A stretch of 64,000 bases of DNA from Candidatus Latescibacterota bacterium (lineage in GTDB: Bacteria > Latescibacterota > UBA2968 > SICM01). The translations under genes and the position numbers were made by a program. Below the pieces are notes generated by a model. That model did not search any database. It saw nothing but the letters and a program-made list of their open reading frames with translations, and had not been told where the DNA came from. This document shows, piece after piece, positions 62,101 through 64,000 of this stretch (the stretch's first letter is position 1; each line of letters begins with the position of its first letter). The stretch lies in contig CBDCJO010000002.1 in NCBI GenBank assembly GCA_965217865.1, positions 3,328,001 through 3,392,000 of the forward strand, given 5' to 3'.

Positions 62101-63695
62101 TTTTGGAGTATACGGCGGATGAGTTTCGGGATCTGGGCACGGTTGTTCCCCGTGCGTGGTATACAAAGGCGACGCGCGTGATTGGGGAAATCGGGTCCGC
62201 GGAGGCGTCGTCGGTTGTGGGGGTGGTTCCTGAGGAGCCTGTGGTGACGGGCATCGACACGTGTCTTTCCGCGGGGAGGTGGATTGTGGGGAAGTCGACG
62301 TGCATTCTACCGGACAGTATGGCGCTGGATCTTGGGATATCGGGGGAGGATTTGGGTCGTGCCACGGTTCGTGTGTTCGGGAGGGAGATGGTTGTAGTGG
62401 GTATCATGGACACGGAGCGTTTGAAGGGTTTGCAGGATCTTGACGGCGCTTCATTGACGCCCGTTGATTTCAGTTTGGTTCCCGAGGATGTGTTGGCGGA
62501 GCAGCTTCAGCAGGCGGCCGTTTCGCAGGGCGCGGCGCAGAGCCAGGCGGGTCGGCAGGCGGGTTCGACGGTGGGGATACACGTTTATAGGCATCTGAAT
62601 CCCGGACGGGTGGTGTTTCTGCCTTATCACACGATGCGGGACATGGGTGGCGTGGGGACCTGGCTCGGGGCGACAACGGGGAGTCTGCGTTCCGTGGCAG
62701 TGAAGTTCGACGAGGGGATCGATGTGGGGAAGGTGGTGGAGAACTTCGTTTCGCGGTTGGAGCTGACGGTGTTTGGCAGCATTCCGAGGGAGGATGCGGT
62801 TGGGGCGGATGTGTATGTTTTCAGCTCGCACGGCATGGCCTCTGTGTCGGGTTTGAGCATGTTGCTGATCCCGATTGCGATCGCGGCTTTGATTGTTTTG
62901 AACACGATGATGGGTGCGGTGTATGAGCGTTTCCGGGACATCAGGATCTACTCGTCGGTCGGTCTTGCGCCTTCTCACATCGGTCTGTTGTTTATGGCGG
63001 AGTCGTGTGTGTATGCGGTGATCGGGGCAGTGGGGGGATATCTCGTCGCCCAGGGCGTGGGTCGGATGCTGTTGACCATGGGGCTTTTGGAGGGTTTGAC
63101 GCTGAACTATTCGTCGATGTCCGCTGTGATGGCGATGGGTTTGGTGATGGCGGTTGTGATGTTGTCGACGTTGTATCCTGCGAAGAGGGCGTCGGAGATG
63201 GCGGTTCCCGACGTGACGCGGCGTTGGGAGTGGTCGGATCCGACCGGCGATCGGTGGCTATTTGAGTTTCCGTTTACGGTGTCGGGTCGAGACGTGAAAG
63301 GGCTTTTTTCGTTCTTGGCAACCTATTTTCAAGCATATAGCAAGTATTCGCTTGGTGAGTTTTATGCGGAGCAGGTGTATTTGCATCAGGAGGAGACGCC
63401 AGAGGGACTTTCCTATACGATAGACATGCGGATGTGGTTGGCGCCGTTTGACATGGGGGTGAGTCAGGATACGGTGTTACGTGCCACTGCGACGGGTCAG
63501 TATGGGATATACGAGATAGAGATGGTACTGAATCGTATGAGCGGTGAATTTCAGGCGTGGAAGCGTACGAATCGACTGTTTTTGACTTTGCTGCGCAAGC
63601 AGTTTTTGATCTGGCGCACCCTTTCGGACGAGGTCCGTCAGGAATATGCCAGAGTCGATCCGACACTGCAGGAGGAATCGGCCGCTCAGGCCTGA
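59145..63695 (+). CDS. Large fusion: M28-like peptidase domain plus FtsX-like permease
   Basis: SRVTGYAG, NVVG, SAYYD, ATSGH; central TM block; NMRRRRMRT; V.ER..DI.IYSSVGLAP FtsX motif. Confidence 0.8.
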   Translation: MAGSPHISLRIFGRLGLVALLFCVLVLVVDFFRGLSTGISSVPAEKSREIVEAVFLPDVSAERLRRTVSRLSSLESRVTGYAGATDAAHYLEREFRRLGMTDVRLEPFPVTVPMDHGASITILGIGEEIPLRCVWPNLIRTPTTLGVRGNLIYGGDGEFADFDGKDVRGNVVLMDFNSAGRWVNAGILGAGAVVFIAPDSTTTGEAEGKFAEVPVAMPRFYVGREDGDRLLGLSDRGMVVEVRGRMTWEVLEGYNVVGRFEGVDPALRDQEVMLSAYYDGMSVVPSLAPAAEMACSIAGLLELGEMLRARPPSRTVVFLATSGHCQNLRGIDAFMQRHSRKREDATDLMIEPLFPKLFLGLDLSSWNTGLAVWDSREKMGATQFAHSKSFFGVSLGRRLAGMAEGVAERMGKEVEDIFVNVIASQQSDKAWGMVFPGRPLAIESEYALACGTPALSLITSYDARLRVDSPLDRIEGVNFDNLRTQMVFIGGFLTRVLNDPGALDDVINLDMGDKAWGVKGRVKAFSRYAITPDIELGGAVAALRSGRESKSHKGVRGEYIELADEHGVFEVTRLFREYGLEVHAFILDRTTGDITFAPDRGESTYPLELRPKWRGTELPLTVLFRSVPTSFYETVDPRQLGRLSDIVVMDEGNSAPSHYGYFFEKADVRYRDEEPTMGVVFTEPGKRVKLTLSTGLFGVRFMLLNVGPEGGEGEGFLAEEPSAFMETAFTAARDMWRLDEGRIQELSSYGIQNTRLTALHDKAGALLRKAEEAREDRRWSDFVEHARAAQGVEARAYPDVKGTQNDVIRGVVFFMAMLIPCAFFAERLVFAFPDIRKQIGGFFLFFFGVWICLSVVHPAFSLANPALVLIAFLILALATLVLKLVSGRFMAQMRALRTDAAVAHGTDIGRGGAFYAAFMLGISNMRRRRMRTALTLATVLLLTFTVMSFTSLKFMLRHMRIPWTEGDFRAGVLIRDGAWNILDDSVLEYTADEFRDLGTVVPRAWYTKATRVIGEIGSAEASSVVGVVPEEPVVTGIDTCLSAGRWIVGKSTCILPDSMALDLGISGEDLGRATVRVFGREMVVVGIMDTERLKGLQDLDGASLTPVDFSLVPEDVLAEQLQQAAVSQGAAQSQAGRQAGSTVGIHVYRHLNPGRVVFLPYHTMRDMGGVGTWLGATTGSLRSVAVKFDEGIDVGKVVENFVSRLELTVFGSIPREDAVGADVYVFSSHGMASVSGLSMLLIPIAIAALIVLNTMMGAVYERFRDIRIYSSVGLAPSHIGLLFMAESCVYAVIGAVGGYLVAQGVGRMLLTMGLLEGLTLNYSSMSAVMAMGLVMAVVMLSTLYPAKRASEMAVPDVTRRWEWSDPTGDRWLFEFPFTVSGRDVKGLFSFLATYFQAYSKYSLGEFYAEQVYLHQEETPEGLSYTIDMRMWLAPFDMGVSQDTVLRATATGQYGIYEIEMVLNRMSGEFQAWKRTNRLFLTLLRKQFLIWRTLSDEVRQEYARVDPTLQEESAAQA

Positions 63696-63756
63696 TGTCG
63701 ACGGTCTATGAGCCGGCAAGAATCTCTTAGGAAGGAATCGAATCGCTCTCGCCGGC

Positions 63757-64000
63757 TTACCCGCTTATCCCCGCATAATAGACCTTCTCCGAAACCTCCG
63801 CCCAACTCGTGACGTTTTTCCTGAAGGACCGAAAGGACTCGTAGACCGTTCTGCTCATAGGGTCCGTCGACACCAGCTCATCGACGACTTCCTCGGAAAA
63901 GTTTCTCAAGGCGTCCAGCACCTCGTCCGGGAACTTCCGGAGCTTCACGTTGTGTTCGTTGATCAGTTTCTGCAGCGATGTGTTGTTCTTCGATTCAAAC
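63757..64000 (-). CDS. dctP: TRAP substrate-binding protein, C-terminal part (extends beyond the window)
   Basis: NNTSLQKL...VKLRKFPDEVL...DPMSRTVYESF..FR. Confidence 0.7.
   Translation of the reverse strand, partial: FESKNNTSLQKLINEHNVKLRKFPDEVLDALRNFSEEVVDELVSTDPMSRTVYESFRSFRKNVTSWAEVSEKVYYAGISG

Overview
Bacterial window with two regimes. The lineage is only inferred from gene content (DUF6785-like and FtsX-M28 proteins, a BNR sialidase, an exported TldDE pair), which suggests a Latescibacterota/Poribacteria-like organism. (1) About 2.1-41.8 kb, between hflKC and tRNA-Leu(GAG), is a plasticity zone, most decayed at 2-32 kb. It holds two near-identical inverted IS3-family copies, IS110, IS5/IS1182-like and IS1595 elements, IS256/IS630/IS3/IS4 remnants and many gene fragments. 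It also holds remains of defence loci: a TM0106 nuclease with SIR2, a SNF2 helicase, and a DUF1998 helicase-nuclease-Dcm-Vsr operon. An exported TldD/TldE pair, a desaturase and two glycoside-hydrolase-like genes follow. (2) About 41.8-64 kb is mostly core: tRNA-Leu, secG, tpiA, pgk, gap, pfk, a sigma54-preceded cluster, TRAP transporter genes, and a DUF6785-like membrane protein next to a 1516-aa M28-peptidase/FtsX fusion. The most striking signal is an IS110/IS1111-type element inserted in an integron attC-like site. Its ~500-nt downstream non-coding region has two (possibly three) repeated loop modules, and the two clear ones each carry the target motif CCTAAC. This is a candidate bridge/seek RNA with multiple target-binding loops. 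All family calls come from motif recognition by eye; no searches were run.
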